Below are positions 28,922-37,909 of a stretch of DNA of 58,726 bases, one piece after another. The notes under the pieces are model-generated. The model did no database searches. It was given only the letters and a program-made list of their open reading frames with translations, and was not told where the DNA came from. Both the position numbers and the translations under genes were made by a program. The number at the start of each line of letters is the position of its first letter. Position 1 is the first letter of the stretch. Source of the DNA: an uncultured Eubacteriales bacterium (lineage in GTDB: Bacteria; Bacillota; Sulfobacillia; UBA995; UBA9673); contig CAJXZV010000002.1 of the NCBI GenBank assembly GCA_913063835.1, positions 1-58,726 of the forward strand, written 5' to 3'.

Positions 28922-29389
28922 CTACCCGAGGGCGAGCACGGAGAGCGTGGTGACGATGAGCCCGGCGATGAGGGTGCCGAGGCTCAGAGCGGCCATCGTC
29001 TGGCCGAGGGAGTAGCCGAGGAGGAGGGCCCCCAGGCATCCGCTCCAGGCGCCGGTCACCGGGAGAGGGACGGCGACGAACAGGACCAGGCCGGCGAAGC
29101 CGTACCGCTTGATTCTCTGGATGCGCCGCTCGGTCCCGGCCACGTAGAGCGTCACCAGAGCCCGGAAGAGACGGGTCCGTTTGAGGAAGCTGACGGCCGG
29201 CAGGAAGACGAAGTAGGCCAGGGGAATGGGCGCCAGGTTCCCGGCCAGGGCCAGCAGCGCGGCCTCGGCCGGCGGCAGGCCGAGGTGGATGCCGAGCGGG
29301 ATGGCCCCGCGCAGCTCCACCACCGGGAGCGCGGCCACCACGAGGACGTGTATCTCCGGCGGCAGTGAAGCGAGGAGCTCCTGGAACAC
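28922..29389 (-). CDS. Small multi-TM protein, COG2426 / 'small multidrug export'-like family
   Basis: 155 aa with 4-5 TM segments and a ..VVELRGAIPLGI.. motif, recalled from memory as typical of this family. GTG start. Confidence 0.55.
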   Translation of the reverse strand: MFQELLASLPPEIHVLVVAALPVVELRGAIPLGIHLGLPPAEAALLALAGNLAPIPLAYFVFLPAVSFLKRTRLFRALVTLYVAGTERRIQRIKRYGFAGLVLFVAVPLPVTGAWSGCLGALLLGYSLGQTMAALSLGTLIAGLIVTTLSVLALG

Positions 29390-29663
29390 GCGGTCGACCC
29401 CGTTCCCTTCCTGACCAGGCTGTCGCCCTTGACGGCAGTGCGTCCAATTCCACAGGACAACCCTGCGACCTTCCTGCTCAGGGCCTCCGGCCCCGCCCGC
29501 AGTGGCTGGAGGGCCGGTCGGAGCTTTCAGGGTGACCCGAAGCCTCGCGGCCGCCGGGGAATGGTGAAGACGACCTCAGCTTCACCGATGGAGACAACCC
29601 CTTTACGGGGTGTCGAGGGTAAAGGTGGAGGTCTAGAAACCTCTCTGCCCTTAGCGTACGGTT

Positions 29664-30959
29664 TCACTCCGTGCCCGACTTCCAGCCGGAGAGGTAAGCC
29701 CTCTGCTCGGGGGTGAGCTCCTGGACCTTCATGCCCAGGCTCTCGAGCTTCAGGGCGGCCACCCGCCGGTCGATGGCCTCGGGCACCGGGTGCACCCCCC
29801 GGGAGAGCCCGGCCCCCTCTCTGGCCAGCCACTCGAGGACCAGGGCCTGGTTGGCGAAGCTCATGTCCATGACGGCCGCGGGATGGCCCTCCGCCGCGGC
29901 GAGGTTGACCAGACGCCCCTCCGCGACGAGGTACAGGCGCCGACCGCCGGGCAGGACGTACTCGACGACCCCGGGGCGCGCCTCCCGCGTGGAGACGGCG
30001 AGCCCGGCGAGGGCGGGGATGTTTATCTCCACGTTGAAGTGGCCGGCGTTGGCGAGGACGGCCCCGTCCTTCATCCTCTCGAAATGCGCCCTGTCGATGA
30101 CGTGCCGGTTGCCCGTGGCGGTGACGAAGAAGTCCCCGAGCCCGGCCGCCTCGTCCATGTCCGTGGCCAGAAAGCCGTCCATCGCCGCCTCCAGAGCGCG
30201 GAGCGGGTCGGCCTCGACGACGCAGACCCTGGCGCCCATGCCGGCGGCGCGCGCGGCGATGCCGCGGCCCACCCATCCGTAGCCGACGACGACGAAGACC
30301 GACCCGGCGAGGAGACGGTTGGTGGCCCGGAGGAGGCCGTCGAGGGTGGACTGGCCGGTGCCGTAGCGGTTGTCGAACCAGTGCTTGGTGCGGGCGTCGT
30401 TGACGGCCACGACAGGGTAGCGCAGGGCGCGGTCGGCGGCCATGGCCCGGAGGCGGATGACCCCGGTCGTGGTCTCCTCGGTCCCGGCCCTCACCCCGCC
30501 CCCGGGCGGGGAGGCGAGGGCCTCCGGGCCGGCGATGAGCTCCGGCCGCTCCTGGTGGAGGGTCGAGACCAGGTCGGCCCCGTCGTCCATGGTGAAGTCG
30601 GGCCGGGTGTCGAGGACGGCGGCGATGTGGCGGTAGTAGGTGGCTGCGTCCTCACCGCGGACGGCGAAGGTCGGAACGCCGTAGGTCACGGCGAGGGCCG
30701 CGGCCACGTCATCCTGGGTGCTGAGGGGGTTCGAGGCGCAGAGGGCGACCTCGGCCCCGCCCTCCTTGAGGGTGAGCACCAGGTTCGCCGTCTCGGCCGT
30801 GACGTGGAGGCAGGCCGCGACCCGGAAGCCAGCGAGGGGCTTCTCCGAGGCCCACCTCTCCCGTATGCTCCGCAGGACGGGCATGTCGGCCCAGGCCCAG
30901 GCGATGCGTCGCTCCCCGGCCGGGGCGAGGCCGGGGTCCTTCACGTCGCCGGTGGTCAT
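29664..30959 (-). CDS. ahcY: Adenosylhomocysteinase
   Basis: ..RIAWAWADMPVL.., ..CLHVTAETANL.., NAD fold ..VVVGYGWVGRGIAARAAGMGARV.., ..GHFNVEIN... ATG 30959 is preceded by AAGGGGGGA. The upstream part of the 479-aa ORF is read-through. Confidence 0.95.
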   Translation of the reverse strand: MTTGDVKDPGLAPAGERRIAWAWADMPVLRSIRERWASEKPLAGFRVAACLHVTAETANLVLTLKEGGAEVALCASNPLSTQDDVAAALAVTYGVPTFAVRGEDAATYYRHIAAVLDTRPDFTMDDGADLVSTLHQERPELIAGPEALASPPGGGVRAGTEETTTGVIRLRAMAADRALRYPVVAVNDARTKHWFDNRYGTGQSTLDGLLRATNRLLAGSVFVVVGYGWVGRGIAARAAGMGARVCVVEADPLRALEAAMDGFLATDMDEAAGLGDFFVTATGNRHVIDRAHFERMKDGAVLANAGHFNVEINIPALAGLAVSTREARPGVVEYVLPGGRRLYLVAEGRLVNLAAAEGHPAAVMDMSFANQALVLEWLAREGAGLSRGVHPVPEAIDRRVAALKLESLGMKVQELTPEQRAYLSGWKSGTE

Positions 30960-31302
30960 GGCTTGAATCCCCCTTGTGGGTGTCGGCATATGGTCTTCCG
31001 CCGCGGGCGGACGCCGGCCGCACGTTGGGCTCCTTGGGGCCCGCGTGCGACGGTCCCAGCCTTTCGCCCGGAAGGGCGGACAGTCCTCTTCTCGGGAGGT
31101 CACCCTCCTCTTCCCGAGGGGTCGAGGTTAGCTTGCCCTGGGAGAGGGCCCGGGGCCGACGACACGGACGGGCCTCCCGCGGGTAGACTGTAAGGGCCGC
31201 GGGGTCCGGTGCGGCGGGGCGCCCGGCGGCAGGCGGGGCCCCTACGTACGCGGGCCGGAGCGATACGGTCGTGGAAGAACCGCAATCAAGGTGGGAGAGA
31301 CG

Positions 31303-32742
31303 ATGGGTGGTTTGCCGAGGACCATCTTCCGCGAGTACGACGTCCGCGGACGGGTCGACACGGAGCTGACCCCCGAGGTGGCCGAGCTCGTCGCCCGCTC
31401 GTACGGGGAGTGGCTGTCGGAGACGGCCCCCGGAGAGGCGGAAAAGGGCGTCCTCGTCGGGCGGGACAACCGGCGGTCGTCGAGGGCCCTCCGGGAGGCG
31501 GTCATCCGCGGCCTCGGCCGGGCCGGCCTCAGGGTCATCGACATCGGCGTCGTCCCCACCCCCGTCTTCTACTTCTCCCGCACACGCTACGGCGTGGACG
31601 GCGGGGTGATGATCACGGGTAGCCACAACCCGCCGGAGTACAACGGGATGAAGCTGGCCCGCGGCTTCGGCACCATCTACGGCGAGGACATCCGGGAGCT
31701 CGGACGCAGGGCGGAGGCGCTGGCCTGGGGGGAGGCGGCGGGCGGAGAGGGCGCGACCGGCACGCCGTCCGGCGGCGGCGTCCCGGTCACGTACCGCAGG
31801 CCCGTCCGGGCCTACATCCGGACCATCGCCGACCGCGTCCGCCTCGGCCCCCGACGCCTGAAAGTCGTCGTCGACGCCGGCAACGGCACGGCCGGACGGA
31901 TAGCGGTCCCCCTCTACGAGGCCCTGGGCTGTGAGGTCATCCCCCTCTACTGCGAGCCTGACGGCCGGTTCCCCAACCACTGGCCGGACCCCGTGAAGCC
32001 GGAGAACCTCGCCGACCTCGTCCGCACGGTCCGCGAGACGGGGGCCGACTGCGGGGTGGCCTTCGACGGGGACGCCGACCGGCTTGGGGTCGTGGACGAG
32101 CAAGGGAACATCCTGTGGGGCGACGACCTCATGATCCTTTTCTGGAGGGAGATCCTCCCCCGTCACCCCGGGACCCCCGTCATCGTGGAGGTGAAGTGCT
32201 CGCAGGCCGTTTTCGACGAGGCCAGGCGCCTCGGAGGGGACCCTTTCTTCTACCGCACGGGGCACTCCCTCATCAAGGCCAAGATGCGGGAGATAGGGGC
32301 GCTCTTCGCCGGCGAGATGTCGGGCCACATGTTCTTCGCCGACGAGTACTTCGGGTTCGACGACGCCATCTACGCCGGGGCGAGGCTCCTGCGCATCCTT
32401 TCGGGGTCGGACCGCCCCTTGTCGGACCTCCTGGCCGACCGGCCGCGCTACCACTCGACACCGGAGACGCGAATCACCTGTCCCGACGAGGCCAAATTCG
32501 AGGTCGTCGAGAGGGTCCGCAACCGGTACGTCGCCCGGGGAGCCGAGGTCGTGGACGTTGACGGGGCCCGGGTCATCTTCCCCGACGGATGGCTCCTGGT
32601 GCGGGCCTCCAACACCCAGCCGGCTCTCGTGGTGCGGTGCGAGGGGCGGACCCCGGAGGCCCTGGCCGCCCTCAAGGCCGAGGCCGTGGCGGCCTTGAAG
32701 GAGGCGGGGGCGGAGACAGGGCTGGAGCTGCCGGAGTGGTGA
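31303..32742 (+). CDS. Phosphomannomutase/phosphoglucomutase (alpha-D-phosphohexomutase)
   Basis: Active-site ..MITGSHNPPEYNGMKL.., metal loop ..GVAFDGDADRLG.., ..GEMSGHMFF... ATG 31303 follows AAGGTGGGAG. Confidence 0.9.
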   Translation: MGGLPRTIFREYDVRGRVDTELTPEVAELVARSYGEWLSETAPGEAEKGVLVGRDNRRSSRALREAVIRGLGRAGLRVIDIGVVPTPVFYFSRTRYGVDGGVMITGSHNPPEYNGMKLARGFGTIYGEDIRELGRRAEALAWGEAAGGEGATGTPSGGGVPVTYRRPVRAYIRTIADRVRLGPRRLKVVVDAGNGTAGRIAVPLYEALGCEVIPLYCEPDGRFPNHWPDPVKPENLADLVRTVRETGADCGVAFDGDADRLGVVDEQGNILWGDDLMILFWREILPRHPGTPVIVEVKCSQAVFDEARRLGGDPFFYRTGHSLIKAKMREIGALFAGEMSGHMFFADEYFGFDDAIYAGARLLRILSGSDRPLSDLLADRPRYHSTPETRITCPDEAKFEVVERVRNRYVARGAEVVDVDGARVIFPDGWLLVRASNTQPALVVRCEGRTPEALAALKAEAVAALKEAGAETGLELPEW

Positions 32743-32819
32743 CGGTAAGGGGGCGGCCCCTTGTCTATGCCGCCCCCCGCCCTCACCCGGATGCCTCGCT
32801 TTGTCGGACTGCCCTTCGA

Positions 32820-33896
32820 TCACCCACCGGCTCCGCCGGCGCACTCAGGCAGCAACTCTGTCGCGATCAGCCGCGTGTGCTCACTGTCGCAGATCTCCTG
32901 CGGGGCGACACCGCCGTGAGCACCGTGACTCATGCTGTTCGCGTCAAGGTCGACTCCTTGGTTCTTGTAGGCCGCCCACACGATCTCACTGCAGTACCAC
33001 TCGGTCTCCGAGTCCGCGTAGTCGAGGCTCATCCAATCCCAGTCGTAGGCATCGCCCACCTGAGCCAGGGCGAACTGGACGGCCGCCTGCCTTATGTCGT
33101 CGGCCACGTCCACTCGCAGTATCTCCAGACCCACTTGACCGGGTCTGCCCACCCACGAGGACAAGGCACTCGCAACCACTCCGCCGGACTCTGTCGCCTC
33201 GACCACCTGTCCGTCTCCCACGTATATCGCGATATGATCCCTGTAGCCGAGGCTGATGGTCATCTCCCCGTAGAAAGGCACCTCGATGGTGTAGGTCAGT
33301 TCCTCTTCGCTGATGATGACAAGTATGTCACCGGGAACAAGGCAGAGGGCCTCGGACGGTTGGGCCGTAATCGTGACCATCCGCTCCTCGGCGTTCCATC
33401 CGACCTGGTAGCCGAAGGCCTCGGCGACATACCTCGCCGGCAGGAAGGTCCGGCCCTCTCTTATCAAGGGAGCCACATCCATGACCCGACCCTCTCCGGC
33501 CACCGTGATGGTGTGGCTGCCGATCACGAGCCTGACCTCCACCGAGCCCTTGGTCAGGACGACCGTCCGTGTTTCCCCCTTCCATTCGACGTACGCGCCG
33601 AGAGCGTCGCCGAGATACCGTACGGGAACATACGTCCGGCCGTTCTCGATGAACGGAGCCGCGTCGGTGTTCACCACCTGGCCGTCCATCACGTAGTGGC
33701 TTTGGCCGATGGTGAAATCGACCCGCGCGCCCGCTGCCGCCACATCGCCTGAGAGGGGAAGGAAGACAGCCGTCACCGCCATGCAGACCCCTAAGAACCA
33801 GACAGCGCAGCGAGGAAGGCGCGGACGAGATACTTTCTCCCGCAACCCGTCATCCCTCCCTTCGCTGCCAGTTTCATCAACGATACCAGGCTTCAA
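32820..33896 (-). CDS. Secreted protein: copper-amine-oxidase-N1-like 'stalk' domain plus a permuted papain-like (YiiX/YaeF, C92) amidase domain
   Basis: ..APFIENGRTYVPVRYLGDALGAYVEW.. and ..APLIREGRTFLPARYVAEAFGYQVGW.. are stalk repeats. C-terminal ..GDILVI...HIAIYVGDGQVVEA...YCSEIVWAAY.. follows. Confidence 0.6.
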   Translation of the reverse strand: MKPGIVDETGSEGRDDGLREKVSRPRLPRCAVWFLGVCMAVTAVFLPLSGDVAAAGARVDFTIGQSHYVMDGQVVNTDAAPFIENGRTYVPVRYLGDALGAYVEWKGETRTVVLTKGSVEVRLVIGSHTITVAGEGRVMDVAPLIREGRTFLPARYVAEAFGYQVGWNAEERMVTITAQPSEALCLVPGDILVIISEEELTYTIEVPFYGEMTISLGYRDHIAIYVGDGQVVEATESGGVVASALSSWVGRPGQVGLEILRVDVADDIRQAAVQFALAQVGDAYDWDWMSLDYADSETEWYCSEIVWAAYKNQGVDLDANSMSHGAHGGVAPQEICDSEHTRLIATELLPECAGGAGG

Positions 33897-33956
33897 AGTG
33901 CCCGGTCAAGGACGAGTCTGCCAGAGGGTCGGACCCTCGGACCGGGTTCGTCCGGC

Positions 33957-35327
33957 CTACCGGTCCTCGTCCCGGCCTTCCTCCTCCGGCTCGGCGAGGA
34001 GCCCGGCCACCGCCTCTCCGGCGTCCTCCAGGGCCTCGGAAGCGCTCTTTATCCCGAGCAGGGCCATCTGTATCTGCCTCTGGATGAGGCGCTCTATCTC
34101 CGGCCACCGGGGGTGGGGGGGCAGGCTCTCGGCGTGGAAGACGATCTCCGCGGCGCGCTCGTAGGCCGGCTCTCCGGCGAAGGGGTCGAGCTCCAGGGTG
34201 CTCCTCCGGGCCGGGAAGGCGTGGTAGCCGCGGGCGAGCTCGTACTGGGAGGTCGTGGAGGTGAGGTAGTCCGCCAGCTCCATGGCCACCCTCCGCCGGT
34301 GGGGGTCCTCCTGGCGGAAGACCACGAAGCCGGCCGTAGCGCCGACGGTCACGGGCCCGGAGACGCCCTGGTCTGATGAGTCGGCGGAGGAGGCCCCGGG
34401 CGGGAAGGGGTAGGCGGCCACGCCGAAGTTCTTGATGACCCCGTCCTGGGTCATCAGGTAGTCTATGGCCCAGGCCGACCAGGGTTCGATGGCCACCTCC
34501 TGGCGCTCCGCGTCGGCGAAGAGGTCGAAGACGGTCCCGACGGAGGCGGTCCCTGTCGAGGGGTGGGCCACCTTCTCCTCGAAGACAAGGTCCACCAGCC
34601 TCTCCAGGGCGGCCACGGCGGCGTCGGAGTGGAAGGTGTAGGCCTGAAGGTCCTCTGAGAGCGGGCGGGCCCCGGCCGCGTAGAGGAAGGGCCAGACCTC
34701 GTAGTAGCCGGGGAGGACGTAGGTGGAAAAGCCCCATACATCGGTCTCGCCGTCACCGTCCCGGTCGAAGGTGAGGGCCCGGCAGGCGGAGAGGAACTCC
34801 TCCCAGGTCCACCTGCCGCCGAGGGGCGGCTCGACCCCCCGCTCGGCGAAGAGGTCAAGGTTGAGGAGGAGGATGTGTCCGGTCATCGTCGCCGGGAAGC
34901 CCCAGAGGGTGCCATCGACGGTGTAGGCGGCCCGCGCCTGGAGGGAGAGGTCGTCCGGGGCGGAGATGAAGCTCTCGACCGGCTCGAGGAGGCCCTCCCG
35001 GACCTCCTCGAGGGTGACGCCCCCGGCGCTTATGTCGAAGGGGGCCACGTCCGGGAGCTCCCCGGCGTTCTTGGCCTCGTCCAGCATCCCCCTGAGGTCC
35101 TCCCACTCCACCGGCACGAGGATGACCTCGACGAAGGGGTGGCGGGCCTCGAACTCCTCTATCTTGGACTGCACCCAGTGGTAGCGGTTGCCCGACTCGT
35201 CCGGCCAGCGGGGGCCGTCCCAGAGGACGACGGTGACCCCGGGGCGGCCGAGGCGCAGGCAGCCGGAGAGGGTGAGGGCCACCGCTAGAAGGGCGACCGC
35301 TAGCCCAAAGGCGATCAGCGGCCGCAT
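33957..35327 (-). CDS. ABC-transporter family-1 (sugar-type) solute-binding lipoprotein, no cognate permeases adjacent
   Basis: MRPLIAFGLAVALLAVALTLSGC lipobox if ATG 35327 is used (the track start is 35399). ..VTVVLWDGP...WVQSKIEEFEARHPFVEVILVPVEWEDL.. is typical of SBP_bac_1. Confidence 0.75.
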   Translation of the reverse strand: MRPLIAFGLAVALLAVALTLSGCLRLGRPGVTVVLWDGPRWPDESGNRYHWVQSKIEEFEARHPFVEVILVPVEWEDLRGMLDEAKNAGELPDVAPFDISAGGVTLEEVREGLLEPVESFISAPDDLSLQARAAYTVDGTLWGFPATMTGHILLLNLDLFAERGVEPPLGGRWTWEEFLSACRALTFDRDGDGETDVWGFSTYVLPGYYEVWPFLYAAGARPLSEDLQAYTFHSDAAVAALERLVDLVFEEKVAHPSTGTASVGTVFDLFADAERQEVAIEPWSAWAIDYLMTQDGVIKNFGVAAYPFPPGASSADSSDQGVSGPVTVGATAGFVVFRQEDPHRRRVAMELADYLTSTTSQYELARGYHAFPARRSTLELDPFAGEPAYERAAEIVFHAESLPPHPRWPEIERLIQRQIQMALLGIKSASEALEDAGEAVAGLLAEPEEEGRDEDR

Positions 35328-35528
35328 CAGCACTTGACGCCCGGTGAGCCGGAGGAGCGGGCTTCTGGTGGAGAGCACCATCGCGAAGTGTCGGAGCATG
35401 CGGGGTCAGTTCTTCAAGTCGGGAGAAAGTCCTTCGGGGACGCTCCGCGGACGGCGCGGCTCAACGCCGCGGCGAACCGCCACGGGGCCTCGACAGGCTA
35501 TCAGGTAGGAGGCAGGGGGCGTTCCCGG

Positions 35529-36560
35529 CTACGCGCGCGGGGCACGGCCGGGCGTAGAGGCGACCCACCACTCGTACGTCCTTCTCAGGCCCTCCTCAAG
35601 GCCCACCCTGGGACACCACCCGAGAAGGCGGCGGGCGAGTCCTGGGCTGAGGCTGCTCCGGGAGATGTCGCCTCTCCGTGCGGGCCGGTATCTCCGGCCG
35701 AGCCGCCTTCCGACGGTCCTCTCCACCAGGTCGGCCAGGTGCGAGATGCCGGTCTCCTTGCCTGTCCCGATGTTGAAGAGGGTCGGGGCATCCTGCACTT
35801 GGCCGCCGCCCCGGCCGAGCCACCTCCAGGCGAGCCGCACGGCCTCCACGAGGTCTTCCACGTAGACGAAGTCCCGGGTCTGCGAGCCGTCCCCCTCGAT
35901 GGTCACCGGCTCTCCGCGGAGCGCCGCCCGGATGAAGGCGGGGACCACGGCGCCGTCCTCACCGGCCTGCTGTCCCGGACCGTAAACGTTCGCCGGAATC
36001 AGCGACAGGGCCGGCAGAAGCCCTGCGCGACCGTAATAGGAAACGTAGTTCGTAGCCGCCAGCTTGCTGACCCCGTAGGGGCTGAGCGGGCGGTGAGGCG
36101 CGTCCTCTGTCAGCGGCAGGACCGAGGAGTCGCCGTAGATGGCGGCGGAGGAGATGAAGATGAAACCCTTCACACCAACCGTCCGGGCCGCCTCGAGCAT
36201 ACGGAGGGTGCCGAGGACGTTCGTGCGGCTGTCATCGAACGGGTCGGCCACGCTCCTGGGAGGGCGCGTCTGGGCGGCGGCGTGTACGATAAGGTCGGGG
36301 CTGAACGACACGACAGCATCCTCGGCCTCCGCGGTCGCCACGTCGAGCCGGGCTGTCTCAAGGTGGTGAAGAGAAAACGAAGGGCGAGACTTCTGCCACC
36401 GCCCGAAGGGGACTTCCGCGGCCGGCTCTTCCGGTGGGGCCTCAGGTGCAGTGTCCAAGACGAGCACGCCCGCCCCTTCGCCGGCGAAGCGTGCAGCTAT
36501 ATGCCTGCCGATGAACCCCCTGCCACCTGTCACAAGGACCCGGCGCGGGTTCCCCGTCAT
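35529..36560 (-). CDS. NAD-dependent nucleotide-sugar epimerase/dehydratase (SDR family)
   Basis: ..RVLVTGGRGFIGRHIA.. Rossmann motif and ..SSAAIYG.., ..YGVSKLA.. (YxxxK). ATG 36560 is preceded by GGGGGAGGGGG. Confidence 0.85.
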   Translation of the reverse strand: MTGNPRRVLVTGGRGFIGRHIAARFAGEGAGVLVLDTAPEAPPEEPAAEVPFGRWQKSRPSFSLHHLETARLDVATAEAEDAVVSFSPDLIVHAAAQTRPPRSVADPFDDSRTNVLGTLRMLEAARTVGVKGFIFISSAAIYGDSSVLPLTEDAPHRPLSPYGVSKLAATNYVSYYGRAGLLPALSLIPANVYGPGQQAGEDGAVVPAFIRAALRGEPVTIEGDGSQTRDFVYVEDLVEAVRLAWRWLGRGGGQVQDAPTLFNIGTGKETGISHLADLVERTVGRRLGRRYRPARRGDISRSSLSPGLARRLLGWCPRVGLEEGLRRTYEWWVASTPGRAPRA

Positions 36561-36757
36561 AGGACCCCCTCCCCCCGCCCGCACGGCCCGAGGAGCCACC
36601 GCGTGGTGTTCAAGACATTCGATTGTCCGTCTGCTGTCCCTCTTCTGAAGGGCAGGACGTGCGGGGCGGTGAAAGCTACGTGGCGCAGAGGCGACAGGAG
36701 GGCGGGCCGACCGACCGCTCCCGTGCCGGCTCGTTGCTCCCAAGGAGTTGGACCGAG

Positions 36758-37909
36758 GTGCCGCGATGCGAGGGGCCTCAGTCGGAGGCAGGCCCCGTTG
36801 GAACGGAGCCCCTGCGGATTCTGCTTGTCGTGGCGAACAGGTCGTTCGGCGGAGCCGAGAGACACGTGGTGGATTTGGCCAACGGTCTCGCCGCGAGAGG
36901 GCACCAGGTGGGTTGTCTGGTGCCCGCCGGGCTGGGGTTCAAGGGCCTTGTGGGTTCGCGTGTTGAACTGTATGAGATCGAGGGTCTGAGACGGCCGCAT
37001 CGGTTCGTGCTGACCTTGGCCGGCCTGGTTCGGCGTACAAAGCCGAACATCGTTCATCTCCATTCTCCGAGGGCCTCGGTCGGAGGTCGGCTCACCCTCC
37101 GCGTGCTGGAGGGGGCTCGGCGGCCCGCAGTAGTGTCCACGGCACACGGCTGGGTTCCCAGACGGCTTCCCCTCAGGCGTTTGATTGAAGCCGTTTACCT
37201 GTGGACGACGGGCCTTGATGACGTGACGATAGCGGTCAGCCGGGATACGGCCCGCCACTTCGGACGCCGGGGCTCCCTTGTGGTCATACGGAACGGCATC
37301 AGAAGGGCTCCGGAGCTCGCACCCTACCCCGGGTTGGGGACCGGTCCCCTAAGATTGGGTTTCATCGGGCGTCTCACGGCCGAGAAGGGACTGCCCGTAG
37401 CCCTGGAGGCGTATGAGAAAGCCGCCGCACGCACGCGGGACCGGAGGTTGGAGCTTCATGTCTACGGTGATGGTCCTCTTCTCCCTTACGCACGGCGGCT
37501 CGCCGCGTCGCGCGGCCTCGGCGGCGTCCGTTTTCACGGCTGGCTTCCCCTTGATGACGTGCCTGCGGTGCTGGCTGAGCTGACGGCACTCCTGGTGACA
37601 TCGCGCGAGGAGGGCTTCCCCTACGTTGTTCTGGAGGCAATGGCGGCCGGTTGCCCGCTGATATGCACTGCCGTCGGCGGTGTGCCCGAAGTAATCAGGA
37701 ACGGCGAGACGGGTTGGCTGGTCGAGCCCGACAACCCAGCGGCCGTAGCCCGAGCCATCACCGAACTCATAGAGAAACCTGCCGAAGCGGTCAGGAGGCG
37801 GACCAACGCCTGGAATCAAATTGCCGAGTACAGCGTAGACCGTATGGTCTGTGCCGTGGAGGCTGCATACGCGGTCGCACTCCAGCGGCGAAGGTGGGGG
37901 CGTAGTTAG
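36758..37909 (+). CDS. Glycosyltransferase family 4 (GT-B)
   Basis: ..LRILLVVANRSFGGAERHVVDLANGL.. and C-terminal ..SREEGFPYVVLEAMAAGCPLICTAVGGVPEVI.. (EX7E). GTG 36758 follows AAGGAG. The track start 36623 is probably too far upstream. Confidence 0.85.
   Translation: MPRCEGPQSEAGPVGTEPLRILLVVANRSFGGAERHVVDLANGLAARGHQVGCLVPAGLGFKGLVGSRVELYEIEGLRRPHRFVLTLAGLVRRTKPNIVHLHSPRASVGGRLTLRVLEGARRPAVVSTAHGWVPRRLPLRRLIEAVYLWTTGLDDVTIAVSRDTARHFGRRGSLVVIRNGIRRAPELAPYPGLGTGPLRLGFIGRLTAEKGLPVALEAYEKAAARTRDRRLELHVYGDGPLLPYARRLAASRGLGGVRFHGWLPLDDVPAVLAELTALLVTSREEGFPYVVLEAMAAGCPLICTAVGGVPEVIRNGETGWLVEPDNPAAVARAITELIEKPAEAVRRRTNAWNQIAEYSVDRMVCAVEAAYAVALQRRRWGRS

Noticed and set aside
30960-31302. Possible SAH riboswitch (or other riboswitch) in the 343-bp divergent region upstream of ahcY.
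   Set aside because: SAH riboswitches commonly precede ahcY. I could not find the conserved GAGGAGCGCUGC ... AGGCUC ... AACGGCGCUCAC-type strands or their pseudoknot pairing on the minus strand. Only generic GC hairpins are present. A cmsearch with the Rfam SAH model would settle it.
30709-32844. 711-aa minus-strand ORF spanning the ahcY upstream region and the PMM gene.
   Set aside because: It is the antisense shadow of the well-supported plus-strand phosphomannomutase. Its sequence is Arg/Pro/Gly-rich with no motifs.
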